From an uncultured Thiomicrospira sp. (GTDB lineage: Bacteria; Pseudomonadota; Gammaproteobacteria; CAKMZV01), in NCBI GenBank assembly GCA_965195345.1, contig OZ239628.1:1641334-1705333 (forward strand): 64,000 nucleotides of DNA. Direction: 5' to 3'. Both the position numbers and the translations under genes were made by a program. Under the pieces are notes generated by a model. The model was given only the letters and a program-made list of their open reading frames with translations. It ran no database searches and was not told where the DNA came from. Of the stretch, positions 1-10,300 are shown piece by piece (the stretch's first letter is position 1; every line of letters starts with the position of its first letter).

Positions 1-1748
1 CTCAGCGAGGTGCTAATTTAGGGATAAGTCAATTAAACAAAATAACGTCCTCTCTTGAAGATGCTAATATCCAATCTAAAAAAGCAGTTCTAAAAAATGA
101 AAAAATAATCATTCATTTTTCAAATTCTGAGAACCAACTAAAAGCTAAGACTGTTATTGAAAAAACCTTGAAAAAAGGTTATGTTATTGCGCTTCATTTA
201 GCATCAGCAGCGCCTGAATGGCTAAATAATTTAAATGCAAATCCTATGTACTTAGGTTTGGATTTACGTGGCGGTGTTTATTTCCTTATGGAAGTTGATG
301 TCGAAGCAGCCGTTAGCACTACCATTGATCGTAGACTTGGGGAAATTAGGCGTTTATTGCGCGATGAAACAATTCGTTACACTAACATTAGAAGAGAAGA
401 AAATAATTTAATTGTGCAGCTACAATCCGCCGAAGCAATTGATAAAACAGTTGAGTTGTTAGAAACAGAATTTACAGACAATATAACCCGTGAAGTCGAC
501 ATAAACGGTCAAAAAGCACTTATGATCACTTTCCGTGAAGATGCAATAAAAGACATCCAACGATTTGCAGTCAAACAGAATATCACCACTTTACGCAATC
601 GTGTCAATGAACTTGGTGTTGCTGAACCAGTCATTCAACAGCAAGGCGCAAATCGCATAGTTGTTCAATTACCAGGGGTTCAAGATACTGCTCGTGCGAA
701 GGAAATACTTGGCGCCACCGCAACGTTAGAGTATCGATTGGTTGATGATTCCAAAGACCCTCGCAGAGCTGCCTCTACTGGATTCAGCCCTCCAGGCACT
801 GAGTTGTATTATTTCCGTGATGGCACACCAATTTTATTAAAGAAACAAGTCATTGTTACAGGTGAAAGCGTTATAAACGCACGTTCTGGAATTGACCAGA
901 ACCATGGTTCTCCTATGGTATCCGTAACACTTGATTCAGCTGGTGGTAAGCGCATGCTCGCAATAACCAAGCGTAATGTAAACCGTCGCATGGCGGTCGT
1001 ATTCATTGAAACACAATTGGTTACTAACACGTCTGGCGATGCTACGGAACGTAAACGCATAGTTAATAAATCGGTAATAAATGCCGCCACCATAGTTGAT
1101 CAGTTTGCCAATCGCTTTCAAACAACAGGGCTTGACAATCCTCAGGAAGCTCGAGATCTTGCTTTACTTTTACGTGCTGGTGCCTTAGCCGCTCCTTTAG
1201 ATATCGTTGAAGAGCGCACCATTGGACCAAGTCTCGGAAAAGAGAACATTGATCAAGGGTTCTTTTCAGTCATCATCGGTTTGCTTCTCGTATTAGTAAT
1301 TATGGTTGTGCGCTATAAAATATTCGGAGTAATTGCAAACATTGCTTTGTGCCTTAATCTAGTGTTGATTGTTGCTGCTTTATCGCTCTTACAGGCAACA
1401 CTTACGTTACCAGGCATTGCTGGCATCGTTCTTACTGTGGGTATGGCAGTAGATGCCAACGTTTTAATTTTTGAACGCATACGTGAAGAATTAAGAGCAG
1501 GGCGAAGTGTTCAATTAGCAATTTCAGCTGGGTATGATCGAGCATTTGTCACCATTGCGGATGCAAACATTACTACACTTATCGCTTCACTGGTATTATT
1601 TGGATTTGGTACGGGTCCAATAAAAGGATTTGCTGTAACACTGTCATTTGGAATAATCACCTCCATGTTTACTGCTATTATGATGTCACGCATCATTGTC
1701 AATTTTTTCTATGGCAATGACGTCAATCGCAAAAGCCTTGCAATTTAA
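1..1748 (+). CDS. secD: Protein translocase subunit SecD; 5'-partial, the reading frame is open from the window start
   Basis: The ORF 168..1748 translation has the SecD periplasmic head and C-terminal TM bundle (LDLRGGVYFLMEVD, a 6-TM C-terminus). Frame 3 upstream of 168 has no stop codon back to nt 3 (…RGANLGISQLNKITSSLEDANIQSKKAVLKNEK…), and the N-terminal TM of SecD is missing from the ORF call. The gene therefore starts upstream of the window. It is followed by secF. Confidence 0.9.
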   Translation, partial: QRGANLGISQLNKITSSLEDANIQSKKAVLKNEKIIIHFSNSENQLKAKTVIEKTLKKGYVIALHLASAAPEWLNNLNANPMYLGLDLRGGVYFLMEVDVEAAVSTTIDRRLGEIRRLLRDETIRYTNIRREENNLIVQLQSAEAIDKTVELLETEFTDNITREVDINGQKALMITFREDAIKDIQRFAVKQNITTLRNRVNELGVAEPVIQQQGANRIVVQLPGVQDTARAKEILGATATLEYRLVDDSKDPRRAASTGFSPPGTELYYFRDGTPILLKKQVIVTGESVINARSGIDQNHGSPMVSVTLDSAGGKRMLAITKRNVNRRMAVVFIETQLVTNTSGDATERKRIVNKSVINAATIVDQFANRFQTTGLDNPQEARDLALLLRAGALAAPLDIVEERTIGPSLGKENIDQGFFSVIIGLLLVLVIMVVRYKIFGVIANIALCLNLVLIVAALSLLQATLTLPGIAGIVLTVGMAVDANVLIFERIREELRAGRSVQLAISAGYDRAFVTIADANITTLIASLVLFGFGTGPIKGFAVTLSFGIITSMFTAIMMSRIIVNFFYGNDVNRKSLAI

Positions 1749-1756
1749 CATCCATC

Positions 1757-2737
1757 ATGACTGAAACCATCACCAAATATGGAAAAATCCCTTTCTTAAA
1801 ATGGCGCAAAGTTGCTGTGATTGCATCCATTGTCTTAATTTTAGGTTCTTTAGGGTCACTTTTTACAAAAGGGCTTAATTTGGGCATTGATTTCACAGGG
1901 GGAACGCTGGTTGAATTGGGCTATCCAGATGCTATAGAACCAAGTGTTCTACGTACTTCGTTTGATAATGAAGGAATCGTAAATTATGAGGTTGCTTACT
2001 TTGGTTCTAATAAAGAAATATTGATTCGAGTAGCGCCTATCGATGGATTTAATAATGCGCAATTAAGCGAAAAAATACTGGAATTAGCGCGGAATATCGA
2101 CTCGAATGTTGACTTGCGCCGTGTTGAGTTCGTTGGCCCTAAAGTGGGTGAAGAATTAACAACTGATGGTGGACTCGCCATGTTGTATGCCCTTTTTGGA
2201 ATATTAATATACATCGCCTTTCGATTTGAATGGCGTTTTGCTGTGGGATCAGTTGCGGCTCTAGTTCATGATGTGATAATCACTTTAGGTATTTTTTCAT
2301 TTCTTGGACTATCATTCGACTTAACCGTCCTCGCTGCAGTTTTAGCCGTCATAGGATATTCCTTGAACGACACAATCGTTGTGTTTGATCGCATTCGTGA
2401 AAACTTCATCAATCTCCGCAAAGGCACTCCTGACGAAATCACTAACAAGTCACTGAATGACATGCTGGCCCGTACTTTGATGACTTCTTTGACCACATTG
2501 CTTGTTCTGTTTGCATTATTTTTCCTAGGAGGAGAAGTTATTCATCAGTTTGCTAGCGCTTTAATCATCGGAGTCTTTGTTGGTACTTATTCATCTATTT
2601 ACATTGCATCTTCATCAGCGATAGCATTAGGAGTCTCAAAGGAACACTTGATACCTGCGGTAAAAGAAGGGGACTCAGACAAAGATCACTCTTCAATTAT
2701 CAATGAACAGTTACAGCGCAAAAAACGCAGACGCTAA
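1757..2737 (+). CDS. secF: Protein translocase subunit SecF
   Basis: 326 aa membrane protein with SecF signatures (GIDFTGGT, RND-like 6-TM domain), lying 8 bp after secD. Confidence 0.9.
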   Translation: MTETITKYGKIPFLKWRKVAVIASIVLILGSLGSLFTKGLNLGIDFTGGTLVELGYPDAIEPSVLRTSFDNEGIVNYEVAYFGSNKEILIRVAPIDGFNNAQLSEKILELARNIDSNVDLRRVEFVGPKVGEELTTDGGLAMLYALFGILIYIAFRFEWRFAVGSVAALVHDVIITLGIFSFLGLSFDLTVLAAVLAVIGYSLNDTIVVFDRIRENFINLRKGTPDEITNKSLNDMLARTLMTSLTTLLVLFALFFLGGEVIHQFASALIIGVFVGTYSSIYIASSSAIALGVSKEHLIPAVKEGDSDKDHSSIINEQLQRKKRRR

Positions 2738-2772
2738 AAATTGTCAACACATCATCTAAAGACCCGCACGAC

Positions 2773-3708
2773 ATGCAACATACAACTTTACCAGACGTAG
2801 CCTTAGATAACGTTTCTCACGATAGTGTAACTCAGATAAGTCAAGTAGGGATGTCGAACATTGAGATACCTTTGTCACTCCAGACATCTGCAGGCTTGCA
2901 AATATCAAATGCGAGAGCGGAAGCCACTGTAAATTTGATTGCTCCTAAAAAGGGCATACACATGTCGAGAATATATCAAGACTTAGTCGAACTGTTGCCT
3001 TCACAGCCTCTAACACTGAATCTGTTGTATACATTAACTCAGCAGTTTCTTAAATCGCACAAAGGGCTGAGCAATAATGCCTTTCTAAAACTTCATTTTG
3101 AGTTGCTTGAAAAACGTTGTTCTTTATTAAGTGATGGCTATGGCTGGCGATCTTACCCTGTTGAAATAATAGCCAGCAATGTTGATGGGAAGTTTAGTGC
3201 CACCGTTAAAATTTCTTTTATATACTCATCAACTTGCCCATGTTCTGCCGCTCTATCCAGACAAAAAATACAAGAAAAATTTGACACTGATTTCAATCAA
3301 AACTCTGTTGTAGATAAAAAAGAAGTTCTCGAATGGATTGAACAGCCAGAAAATATAAATGCAACGCCCCATAGCCAGAGAAGTACCGCTCTTTTCTCAT
3401 TGCAGTTACTTGATAGTAATAACAGTGATCCTCTTCTTTTTGTAAATTTATGTTCAGAAATAGAATCGTTCATACCAACGACCGTTCAGACTATGGTCAA
3501 GCGTCAAGATGAACAATATTTTGCTCAATTAAACGCTTCAAACTTGATTTTTTGTGAAGATGCTGCTCGACAATTCAAATTGCGACTTGAAAAGTCTAAA
3601 CTGAAGAGTATCCTTCGTTCTTTCAAAATACGGGTTGAGCACTTAGAAAGTTTGCATGCCCACGATGCTATCGCTGAAATTTCATCTGATGTCCCATTCG
3701 ATACTTGA
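2773..3708 (+). CDS. folE2: GTP cyclohydrolase FolE2 (GCYH-IB / COG1469) family protein
   Basis: N-terminal LPDV…QVG…IPL…Q motif, KGIHMSRIYQ and a STCPCS metal-site-like motif match the FolE2/MptA T-fold family as I remember it. The length of 311 aa is typical. Confidence 0.6.
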   Translation: MQHTTLPDVALDNVSHDSVTQISQVGMSNIEIPLSLQTSAGLQISNARAEATVNLIAPKKGIHMSRIYQDLVELLPSQPLTLNLLYTLTQQFLKSHKGLSNNAFLKLHFELLEKRCSLLSDGYGWRSYPVEIIASNVDGKFSATVKISFIYSSTCPCSAALSRQKIQEKFDTDFNQNSVVDKKEVLEWIEQPENINATPHSQRSTALFSLQLLDSNNSDPLLFVNLCSEIESFIPTTVQTMVKRQDEQYFAQLNASNLIFCEDAARQFKLRLEKSKLKSILRSFKIRVEHLESLHAHDAIAEISSDVPFDT

Positions 3709-4108
3709 AATACAAAAAAAAATCATTGAAGATTTTTCTTGGTTTGACAATTGGGAAGATAAATATCAATATATCATTGATTTAGGGAGAAAACTGCCGG
3801 TACTTGACAATTCTTTAAGAACCGAAAAAAATAAAATTAAAGGCTGCCAATCACAAGTTTGGTTAACCTATTCAGTTGAAAAAAACCGGATATACTTTTC
3901 CGCCGCCAGTGATGCGGCAATTGTTTCTGGTTTAATTACCATTCTTTTGCAAGTATTTTCGGGACAAACCGCTGAGGATATTACTGAAGCTCCCATCTCT
4001 TTCATAGATGAGATTGAGCTTTCTCAGCATTTGTCGCCTACGCGTAGTAACGGTTTGGCAGCAATGCTCACAAGAATAAGAGAAATTGCACAGAACAACT
4101 TATCATAA
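3689..4108 (+). CDS. sufE: Cysteine desulfuration protein SufE family (sulfur acceptor)
   Basis: WEDKYQYIIDLGRKLP and the conserved-Cys motif GCQSQVWL match SufE/CsdE. The likely start is the internal Met (MSHSILEIQKK…) at 3689 rather than the ORF start at 3656. It overlaps the end of folE2 by about 20 nt. Confidence 0.8.
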   Translation: MSHSILEIQKKIIEDFSWFDNWEDKYQYIIDLGRKLPVLDNSLRTEKNKIKGCQSQVWLTYSVEKNRIYFSAASDAAIVSGLITILLQVFSGQTAEDITEAPISFIDEIELSQHLSPTRSNGLAAMLTRIREIAQNNLS

Positions 4109-4209
4109 TCTAGTATTAGGCAAGCACGACTTAAAATACAAGTTGTTTTAGTTCTGAAACTTTCTTTTCGCTAAAATATTTTAGTAGCTGGGAGCGATAG
4201 CAACTGAAA

Positions 4210-4268
4210 TTGACAGTTTTATTATTATTGTTAATAATCACGATTTTAAAATTATCTTTAGTTATAAT
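4210..4268 (+). promoter_or_regulatory. Candidate sigma70-type promoter region upstream of the lipoprotein gene (TTGACA at 4210-4215, AT-rich -10-like hexamers at 4232-4238 and TATAAT at 4263-4268, direct repeat ATAATCAC at 4234-4241 and 4264-4271)
   Basis: Read directly from the 248-bp AT-rich intergenic region 4109..4356. This is a hexamer match only, with no experimental support. Confidence 0.25.
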
Positions 4269-4362
4269 CACATGTGAGCATTTTTTTTATTTAAATTGGG
4301 TGATTGTGCAGTCTATGTGGTGTGCAAATTGCATTTAAGAAGCCCATAAAAGAAGGTTGATT

Positions 4363-5790
4363 ATGACTACTGCAACGTATAGGCTACTTATTGTTTTGTC
4401 TGCTTTATTGTCTCTTGGACTTGCTGGATGTGGCAGCAGTGATGGGGATTCGGGGACGAATACCAATCGAACTATTTCAGGAATTGCAATTGATGGTCCT
4501 CTAAATTCTTCGGAAATTTTCATAGATCGAAATGGCAATGGAATCCATGATCGTGACAGCGAGTTTCCCACTCCAAGAACAACAGACTCTTCTGGCAATT
4601 TTAGCTTTAGTTTTACAGGCAATGGTCAGTTAACTGTTTCAGGTGGCATCGATGCTACTACTAATGCACCCTTTCGTGGCATTGTTCAGCTAGATCCTAG
4701 TCAAACTGCAAATAATACAGTCGTCATTTCACCTCTATCAAGTCTTATACATAATGCAGGAACCGCTTCTTCTACAGTTATTTTCAACAATTTAGCAGGG
4801 CTTGATTTACAGCAAGTGTTATCCACTAACTTTTTAGTTGCCAATACTTTGGCTTCTACTCAACAAAGCACTCTTCTTGACTTAGCAGTGCGTTATCAAA
4901 AAATTTCAGAAACCTTAGCTCATGCAGTAATGGTGGATGGAAACACCACAGGAAATGCTATTATTCATGCTTCTTCTGCGAATACCATGTTGGCATTGGC
5001 GTTAGGAAATGCAGCAAATAGCACCAATACTGAGGCAATATTTAATAGTGTAAACTTTACCTCTATTTCTTCCAGCCTCGGAATTTCAGCTGCAAGACAA
5101 GGAGTGTTGACTCAAAGAATTTCATCGTTTAACGACACGATTACTGACATTAGGAACACTACAGCAAATGCAGACACGGTTATGCTAGCTGGGGAGTTGT
5201 TGACACAGACTATTATTGAAAATGTTTTTTCTACAAACACACAAATTCTCAGTAACGCAATTGACATTGTCATGAATAGTACGCTCTCTGAAGTAGATGT
5301 TATTCAATTGGCAAATATAATAAATAATAATGCCGATTCGACCCAAACGGATCAGTTAGTCAATCAAGCAATGCGTATATCATTCCCTTCAACATTAACG
5401 GGTACGCTCGTAACTTTACGTGGTAGTGATGTTATTTCAAATGATCCTAGTGACACTTTTGACAATGACGTTACCGTATATTTTGACGTAAATGGAACAA
5501 ACTTTTCTTTATGCATTAGTGAAACTAATCCAAGCGACAACCTAATATTTAGCGGGACTTGGGAAAGAACATCAGATAGTTCGATTATTTTGACCTCTCA
5601 AGTAAGTTATACAATCTCACTTACTCCTCCCACCTCTAGTGATTTTATGTACACAGCTGGTTCGAACCTTCCAATTGATGGAGACCCCGAATTGTTTCGT
5701 ATAGGCATAAGAAATGCTAATGCTTTTAACCCCTTTACCACACTGCCTACAACCTCCTCTCAGTGCCCTACTATTCAGCCACGCACATAA
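4363..5790 (+). CDS. Asn/Ser/Thr-rich lipoprotein of unknown function (lipobox LAGC, N-terminal Ig-like/Ca-binding-like segment DRNGNGIHD)
   Basis: Signal peptide plus LAG|C lipobox. The ATG at 4363 is preceded by GAAGG about 7 nt upstream; the ORF call at 4357 uses a TTG. No recognisable enzymatic motif. The composition is strongly biased to N/S/T. Confidence 0.6.
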   Translation: MTTATYRLLIVLSALLSLGLAGCGSSDGDSGTNTNRTISGIAIDGPLNSSEIFIDRNGNGIHDRDSEFPTPRTTDSSGNFSFSFTGNGQLTVSGGIDATTNAPFRGIVQLDPSQTANNTVVISPLSSLIHNAGTASSTVIFNNLAGLDLQQVLSTNFLVANTLASTQQSTLLDLAVRYQKISETLAHAVMVDGNTTGNAIIHASSANTMLALALGNAANSTNTEAIFNSVNFTSISSSLGISAARQGVLTQRISSFNDTITDIRNTTANADTVMLAGELLTQTIIENVFSTNTQILSNAIDIVMNSTLSEVDVIQLANIINNNADSTQTDQLVNQAMRISFPSTLTGTLVTLRGSDVISNDPSDTFDNDVTVYFDVNGTNFSLCISETNPSDNLIFSGTWERTSDSSIILTSQVSYTISLTPPTSSDFMYTAGSNLPIDGDPELFRIGIRNANAFNPFTTLPTTSSQCPTIQPRT

Positions 5791-5835
5791 GTAAGCGGAT
5801 AGCCAAAAAACACAATAGGCATCATTTATTGGTTT

Positions 5836-7281
5836 ATGAATAATTATAAGGACAGTCTTATGTTACATTGCTTTCGCGGGCTCATTACAGCATTCGTGCT
5901 ATCATTTGCCACCTATTCAACTGCTAATACAGGGAGTTCTTTTCTAGGATCAAATATTACTTCAGGCGGTTCTTCTGACTTGATTAATGGAGCTAATATA
6001 TTTGAAAACCCAGCAATGGGTGCGTATTCAGAAGAACGTTCAAAGCGTGATTTTTCAATGGCAATTAATCTGAGTGGATATTTCGAACTTCGAGGAATTC
6101 AGAGTGCGGATCAATCTATAAGTCAATTACAAACCGAATTAGATTCTGCTGACACTGATTCTGATGCACTCAATTCAACTGTAGAGATTGTTAATACTTT
6201 TCTAGCCAATGATCTTTTTCGAGCAAAAGAAGTATTTAACGGGAATTTTTTATTTAGTTTTTCCCTAGGAAGCTATGGAAACCTTAGCTTTCACTACGGT
6301 AGAACGCTTTTCTCTAGCCAACGTATCTTATCGCAAAATGGTGTTCAATTCAGCCAAACGGCACTAAGCAATTTAATTCAAGACTCCGTCCAGAATAATA
6401 CGGAAATCGATAGAGATGACATAGTTGATACTCTAGCCATTGATGCTGGATTATATTTAAAATACGCTTTTGTCGATGAATTTTCTCTTGATTATTCGTA
6501 TCCCATCGGGAATTTTTCTAGCCTTGGTGGTGCCGATATTTTCATCGGTACAAGGTTGAAGTTACTAGCCGTTACCCTAGAAAAAGAAGTTCGAGCTTTT
6601 AGGCGCTTGATTGTTGATGAGTCAGCAGCTGAGCAAGAAATTCGAGATGCTTTTAATTCAGTTCGTGATTCTGCCTCATCACAAAACGCATTTAGCCCAG
6701 ATGCTGTCGCTCTCGACTTTGGAATAGTGTTTGACTGGGAATGGAGCAGTCTTGGTTTCAGTGCATTTAACATCAATACTCCAAGCCTTGACTACCCTGC
6801 TATTGGGTTAAATTGCTCTGGTGCTGATGTCGACTGCTTTCTTGCAGAATCGTTCAGCGATCAGATTGCTTTACAAGAAACCTATGTGATTGATTCACGT
6901 TATCGAATTGAAGGGGGAGTACATTCCTTCTCCAGACGTTGGAACTTATTATTCTCTTACGACTTAAAAGAATTCAATGATCCAGTTGCAGAAACTTACC
7001 AATGGTCAAATATTGTTTTTCAATTTGTTCCATCGCCAATCATCGGTGATTACGGGTTGAATTGGATTCCCTCGCTACGCTTTAGCTACAATAAAAATCT
7101 CGCTGGACTTGAAAACGAATACTATGCTGTAGGAACAACTTGGGGATTCGTTACTTTTGATCTGGCCTTCACAGATTTTGCAACGGTTTCTAGTGCAATT
7201 TCTGGAGAACCTACTACTGAAGATTTTGGAGATGAACTTCATACTTTAGCTGTCAATGTTGGCTTGGACTTATCTTTTTAA
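5836..7281 (+). CDS. Outer-membrane beta-barrel protein, FadL/TodX-like (hydrophobic-compound channel family)
   Basis: N-terminal signal peptide and an NPA motif (FENPAMGAYS) near the N-terminus as in the FadL hatch. Alternating amphipathic strands, and a C-terminal aromatic residue (…VGLDLSF) typical of BAM-targeted OMPs. Length 481 aa. An alternative start is at 5860. Confidence 0.55.
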   Translation: MNNYKDSLMLHCFRGLITAFVLSFATYSTANTGSSFLGSNITSGGSSDLINGANIFENPAMGAYSEERSKRDFSMAINLSGYFELRGIQSADQSISQLQTELDSADTDSDALNSTVEIVNTFLANDLFRAKEVFNGNFLFSFSLGSYGNLSFHYGRTLFSSQRILSQNGVQFSQTALSNLIQDSVQNNTEIDRDDIVDTLAIDAGLYLKYAFVDEFSLDYSYPIGNFSSLGGADIFIGTRLKLLAVTLEKEVRAFRRLIVDESAAEQEIRDAFNSVRDSASSQNAFSPDAVALDFGIVFDWEWSSLGFSAFNINTPSLDYPAIGLNCSGADVDCFLAESFSDQIALQETYVIDSRYRIEGGVHSFSRRWNLLFSYDLKEFNDPVAETYQWSNIVFQFVPSPIIGDYGLNWIPSLRFSYNKNLAGLENEYYAVGTTWGFVTFDLAFTDFATVSSAISGEPTTEDFGDELHTLAVNVGLDLSF

Positions 7282-7354
7282 ATTATCCAAACACCATTAG
7301 TAAATAAAAAAATCAGCCAAGCGTTTCATCCAGTCTCAACCAAGCTGCAATTCT

Positions 7355-10300
7355 TCAACTAACAAACATTCGCGCATTTTGAAACAAACGTAACCATGGA
7401 GCTGAAGCGTTTTGATCATTCCATTCTTTTGGACACCAAGAATAGTTGATTGATCGAAAAACACGTTCAGGGTGTGGCATACATATCAAAACACGTCCAT
7501 CTTCTGTTGTTAACCCTGTTATTCCAAGTTCTGATCCGTTAGGATTCGCTGGATATTCTTCAGCTTCCCTACCTTGATGATCAACATATTGCATTGTGAT
7601 TATTTGCTTCTGTTTTGCTTTTTCCAAATCAGCTTCACTGTCAAACTGTGCACGCCCTTCGCCGTGAGCAATCGGTATCATAATCTTAGAGCCGACCATG
7701 CCATTCATCATGACACTTGGGTTTGGCGGTATACAAACCATGCTCAAGCGGGCTTCAAACTGTTCTGACTGATTTCTCCTAAACGTTGCCCAATGATCAG
7801 CACCCGGAATAATCTGCTTTAATTGGGTTAGCATCTGACAACCATTGCACGCACCAAAGGTGAAAGTAGTCAAACGATTGAAAAAAAGTTCAAATTCAGA
7901 AAGAACTTTTTGGTTATATAAAATTGACTTTGCCCAACCTTGACCAGCACCTAGAACATCTCCGTAGGAAAACCCTCCACACACTGCTAACCCCACACAC
8001 TCTTGTAATATCTTTGAACCACTCAAAAGATCACTCATATGCGCATCCACACATGCAAACCCCGCTGCATGAAAGGCCGCTGCCATCTCACTTTGCCCAT
8101 TGACACCTTGTTCGCGTAATATCGCGACTTTGGGCAACGCATTAGTATTGATATTAAAAACTGTATTTGGATCAAAGGTTAGAGCGGGGCTTAGCCCTAA
8201 ATTATCTAACTGACAACAAGCATCGTATTGTTGTTTCGCACAATCTGCATTATCGCGTCGCACGCTCATCTCAAAAGAAACACTGCTCCAAGATCGACGT
8301 AATACTGTTAATGATTCTTCAAAAACTTTTGTCCCTCTATTCGAAACAACCACATTCCGGTCAGAGCTTATATTACCTATATTACTAATTAAAAGTTCAA
8401 GATCGTATTTTTTACTTAATTCATTTATTACACTTTGCTTATTTTTAGCCACTTGGAAAACCACACCAAGTTCTTCATTAAATAATGTATCAACTAATTC
8501 CTCCGTTTCAAGAGTAATTTCCAATCCAACATTCCCAGCAAATGCCATCTCTACTACTGTTGCTATCAATCCGCCATCGGAACGATCGTGCAAGGACATT
8601 AGTAGACCATCTGAGCGCAATCGATTGATGAACGAATGTAGGTTAATCAAGGTGCTCGGCGTATCTAAATCTGGCGTTTCATCTCCAAGTTGTCCGGTCA
8701 CTTCTGCAAGCACTGAACAGCCCAAACGTTTTTTCCCAAGATCTATTAGCCAAAGATTACTTTCCAAATCATCTACTAATTGTGGTCCAACATAACTTCG
8801 TACGTCTTTGACACAAGCAAATCCACTAATAATCAATGAGACGGGAGAGCTCACTTTTTTCTTGACGTTTTCTTCAACCCATTGTTGTTCCATCGACATA
8901 GAGTCTTTACCTACAGGTATGGCGACGCCTAATTCAGGGCACAATTCAATGCCAATCGCTTTAACCGCATCGAATAAGGCAACGCTATCAGAACAATGAT
9001 TGATAGCAGCCATCCAATTTGCAGATAATTTAATGTCTCCAAGCTTTGCTATAGGAGCACCAAGCAGATTGGTGATACATTCTCCAACCGCGATTCGAGC
9101 TGAGGCTGCAGAATCAATAGCAGCTAATGGCGTGCGTTCCCCGATAGCCATTGCCTCTCCAGCAAAACCTTTATAATCTCGAAGCGTTAAAGCATAATCA
9201 CTCACCGGAACCTGCCAAGGGCCAACCATTTGATCTTGCACGACCAAACCTCCCACACTCCGATCACCGATAGTAATCAAAAACGTTTTATCCGCCACCA
9301 CAGGATGCGCCAAAACAGCATGAACTAACGTATGCAGATCAACTGAACTGAAATCAAGCTTTTGTTTTTTATTATTAGAGCGTTTTTCTATGCGTTTATA
9401 TTGTGGAGGATTACCCAATAAATCAGATAGAGGCATGTCAACGACTGCATCTTCAAACAAAGCATCATTAACAACCAACTGGTTACTATCATCTGCCTTG
9501 CCCACAACGGAATAAGGGCAGCGCTCTCGCTGGCATATCTCTTGAAAGACGCCCAAACTCTTAGCATCAATCGCCAATACATAACGCTCTTGAGATTCAT
9601 TGCACCATATCTCAGCTGCTGACATTTCACTGTCATCAACCAACACGTCGCGCAGTTGAATGGTACCTCCTCGCCCCGCATCATGAATCAGCTCAGGAAA
9701 TGCATTTGACAGCCCACCTGCCCCCACATCATGAATAGAAAGGATGGGGTTTTTATCTTCCATCCAGCTGCATCGGTTAATAACTTCTTGACACCGCCTT
9801 TGCATTTCTGGATTATCACGTTGCACTGAAGCAAAGTCCAATGATTCATCTTTTTTTCCACTACTGTAACTTGAGTTTGCTCCTCCGCCCATTCCTATTA
9901 GTTGAGCAGCGCCACCCAAAACGATCAAACAAGACTCAGCAGGAAACGCAATTTTTTCAACTTGCTCACCGCTAATATTACCCAAACCTCCAGCAAGCAT
10001 AATTGGCTTGTGATACCCTAAGTAACTGATCTCATCCTCTGCATTCTTGACCTTTGCTTGCCAAGCACGAAAATAGCCACATATGCATGGACGTCCAAAT
10101 TCATTGTTGTATCGAGCGGCACCTACGGGTGCTTGCATCATAATTTCAAAAGCAGAGGCTGTATGCGTTGGTTTACCAAAGTTATATTCCCAAGATTTTT
10201 CAGCATTTGGAATATTCAAACTGGATACGCTAAAACCAACCAACCCAGCTTTCGGTGTTGAGCCTCTTCCTGTAGCAGCTTCATCGCGTATCTCTCCACC

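Noticed and set aside
809-1702. Minus-strand ORFs inside secD (809..1093, 936..1121, 1511..1702)
   Set aside because: Antisense to a strongly conserved CDS. Typical shadow ORFs.
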